Positions 62,615 through 64,000 of a stretch of 64,000 bases of DNA are shown piece by piece. Location of the stretch: positions 1,054,001 through 1,118,000 of the forward strand of contig OZ287077.1 in assembly GCA_965645245.1 (NCBI GenBank). The letters are read 5' to 3'. The first letter of the stretch is position 1, and the number at the start of each line of letters is the position of its first letter. Under the pieces are notes generated by a model. The model saw only the letters and a list, made by a program, of their open reading frames with translations, searched no databases and was not told where the DNA came from. The stretch comes from Massalongia carnosa. Its lineage: Eukaryota. A program made the translations under genes and the position numbers.

Positions 62615-64000
62615 TCATCTCAGGAGGTTGCCGTCCCAGATCCTCCAACCAAGTCTAATGCCAAGGCTTTCCATCCTTTTGCACATCCAAATTCGGGCAC
62701 CTTCGACTTCGTCCCACTCCTCAATGTATAGATTTATCAAAATATTTCCCAAGCGTGGAACTGCGGATCGCTGGTCCTTGGCCGTACTCACAAGTGCCTT
62801 CATGGAGGATTCAAAAGGCACATCCCGCTCACTCGACCATAGGACAAGGGTTCTTATGCTACTAGGGAGAGAGTCAAATCCTGGGAAATGGGCGTGGAAA
62901 GTCTCCAAGTAAACCAAGGATGAGGTTTTAAAGGTGGCTAGCTTCTTCTGTACTCGACTTTCGAACGAAGAGTCAACATGAACGAACAATCGTAAGCGCT
63001 GTAGAGAAGACCTGTTGCCGTCTAGGGCGCCCATGAAAAACCTGGTTGCTTCCGGGATTTCTGCTACTTGATCCTCGTCTTCGTCGTCTTCCTCCTCGTC
63101 TTCCTCCTCGTCCTCTTCTTCCCTATCATCTCCACAAGACTCTCCATAAAAAGCTATGGATTTAAGTCTTGGAAGCCCCCGGGTCAATGCTGCATAATCA
63201 CATGGTTGGCTTGTGACGACCCTAGAGTACAGCTCCGCCTGCCTCGTGCTCGTATCTGCATCAAGGCGATTAATTTCTAGCTCAACGAGATTCGAAAGTC
63301 CACGGACTAATGCTGTTACTTCAGCAGACGGGCTTGTAGACATGCCTGAGAAACAAAGTCGCTTGAGATTAGGCAAATTTGAAAGAAACCTAGCTGGCAG
63401 AAATTCTTCGTGGTTGGTGAGCGTGCATAGGTGAGGAAATCGATGGGCTATAATATTCGAGAATGAAACCAGCATGTGATACGAGGGGCGTGGATCTGCG
63501 TCCGTGCTTGGGAGAACAGTGAAGTGCTTCACGTTCGGAAGATAAGAGAAAGCACTTCCCAAGCGTTCCATTTCAATATCACAGGCTTGGTCATATGGAT
63601 TCCCAACCGGTGCTTGAGCACTATTGGCTGCGGTGATATTAGCTTGTCGAAGACGTTTTCCTAGCGCCCCAACAATCTTTTCCGGATCAATGTCATGAAG
63701 TTTGAACTGTATATCTACGACGTAGCGGAGATATCTTCGATCCACTTGGGAGAGCCAAGCGTATAATTCCAATTGTCCATCAAAAGCGAGGGACTGTCTG
63801 AAAAGAAATGGCTTGGCTTCTCGATAAATCTGGTGATTGACCAACAGCAAGGAAAACAGCGAGGAGGCATCATCCGGTACAAGCTCCGCATAAACATGCT
63901 CACGAAGCTCTAGAGGAATGGTGAGTAGATGAGGTGGTGGTCGTTGTGGCGCCTTGGCCCTGCTGACGTTGGGTGGTGCAGAAATCTTTCTTGGTTTGTG
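62615..64000 (-). CDS. F-box-like/LRR-like hypothetical protein, 5' end beyond the window
   Basis: Frame open to position 64000; HLLTIPLELREHVYAEL...LLLVNHQIYREAKPFLF is typical of fungal F-box-like N-termini; LxxL repeats (LPNLKRL, LSNLVELEI, LPRLKSI) and an acidic tract follow. Confidence 0.7.
   Translation of the reverse strand, partial: HKPRKISAPPNVSRAKAPQRPPPHLLTIPLELREHVYAELVPDDASSLFSLLLVNHQIYREAKPFLFRQSLAFDGQLELYAWLSQVDRRYLRYVVDIQFKLHDIDPEKIVGALGKRLRQANITAANSAQAPVGNPYDQACDIEMERLGSAFSYLPNVKHFTVLPSTDADPRPSYHMLVSFSNIIAHRFPHLCTLTNHEEFLPARFLSNLPNLKRLCFSGMSTSPSAEVTALVRGLSNLVELEINRLDADTSTRQAELYSRVVTSQPCDYAALTRGLPRLKSIAFYGESCGDDREEEDEEEDEEEDDEDEDQVAEIPEATRFFMGALDGNRSSLQRLRLFVHVDSSFESRVQKKLATFKTSSLVYLETFHAHFPGFDSLPSSIRTLVLWSSERDVPFESSMKALVSTAKDQRSAVPRLGNILINLYIEEWDEVEGARIWMCKRMESLGIRLGWRIWDGNLLR

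Noticed and set aside
1..64000. tRNA or rRNA genes
   Set aside because: GTTCGA-like T-loop matches seen while reading lacked cloverleaf context; none is supported, though tRNAscan-SE/Infernal would be decisive.

Overview
Eukaryotic genomic DNA from a filamentous ascomycete (Pezizomycotina, inferred from short GT-AG introns with CTRAC/CTAAC branch sites and from the gene families). Housekeeping genes recognisable from the sequence: a VPS9-domain GEF, enoyl-CoA hydratase, RER1, a peroxisomal catalase (PTS1 -ARL), ADE8, PAF1, ARP8 (with a GC-AG first intron), ARL1, an RCC1-family protein with a long repetitive N-terminal extension, BRL1/BRR6, BRE2/ASH2 and an F-box-like protein cut by the window end. 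Small genes include an 84-aa LEA-like protein with 11-mer repeats, a Cys-rich exon and a 3-exon orphan. Mobile DNA: (i) a decayed AcademH-like transposon (41498-45210; convergent transposase and RecQ-like helicase, AGATATTA target duplication) about 50 bp upstream of BRL1, containing a nested 5'-truncated LINE, with a further matching end at 50656; (ii) an intact MULE (55322-57981; 151-bp TIRs, TATAAATA duplication). The most notable protein is a RIB7/RibD-reductase domain fused behind a C2H2 FAR1/WRKY-GCM1-like domain that resembles the N-terminus of the MULE transposase, a candidate domesticated-transposon DNA-binding/enzyme fusion. All family calls rest on motifs recognised by eye; no database searches were run.
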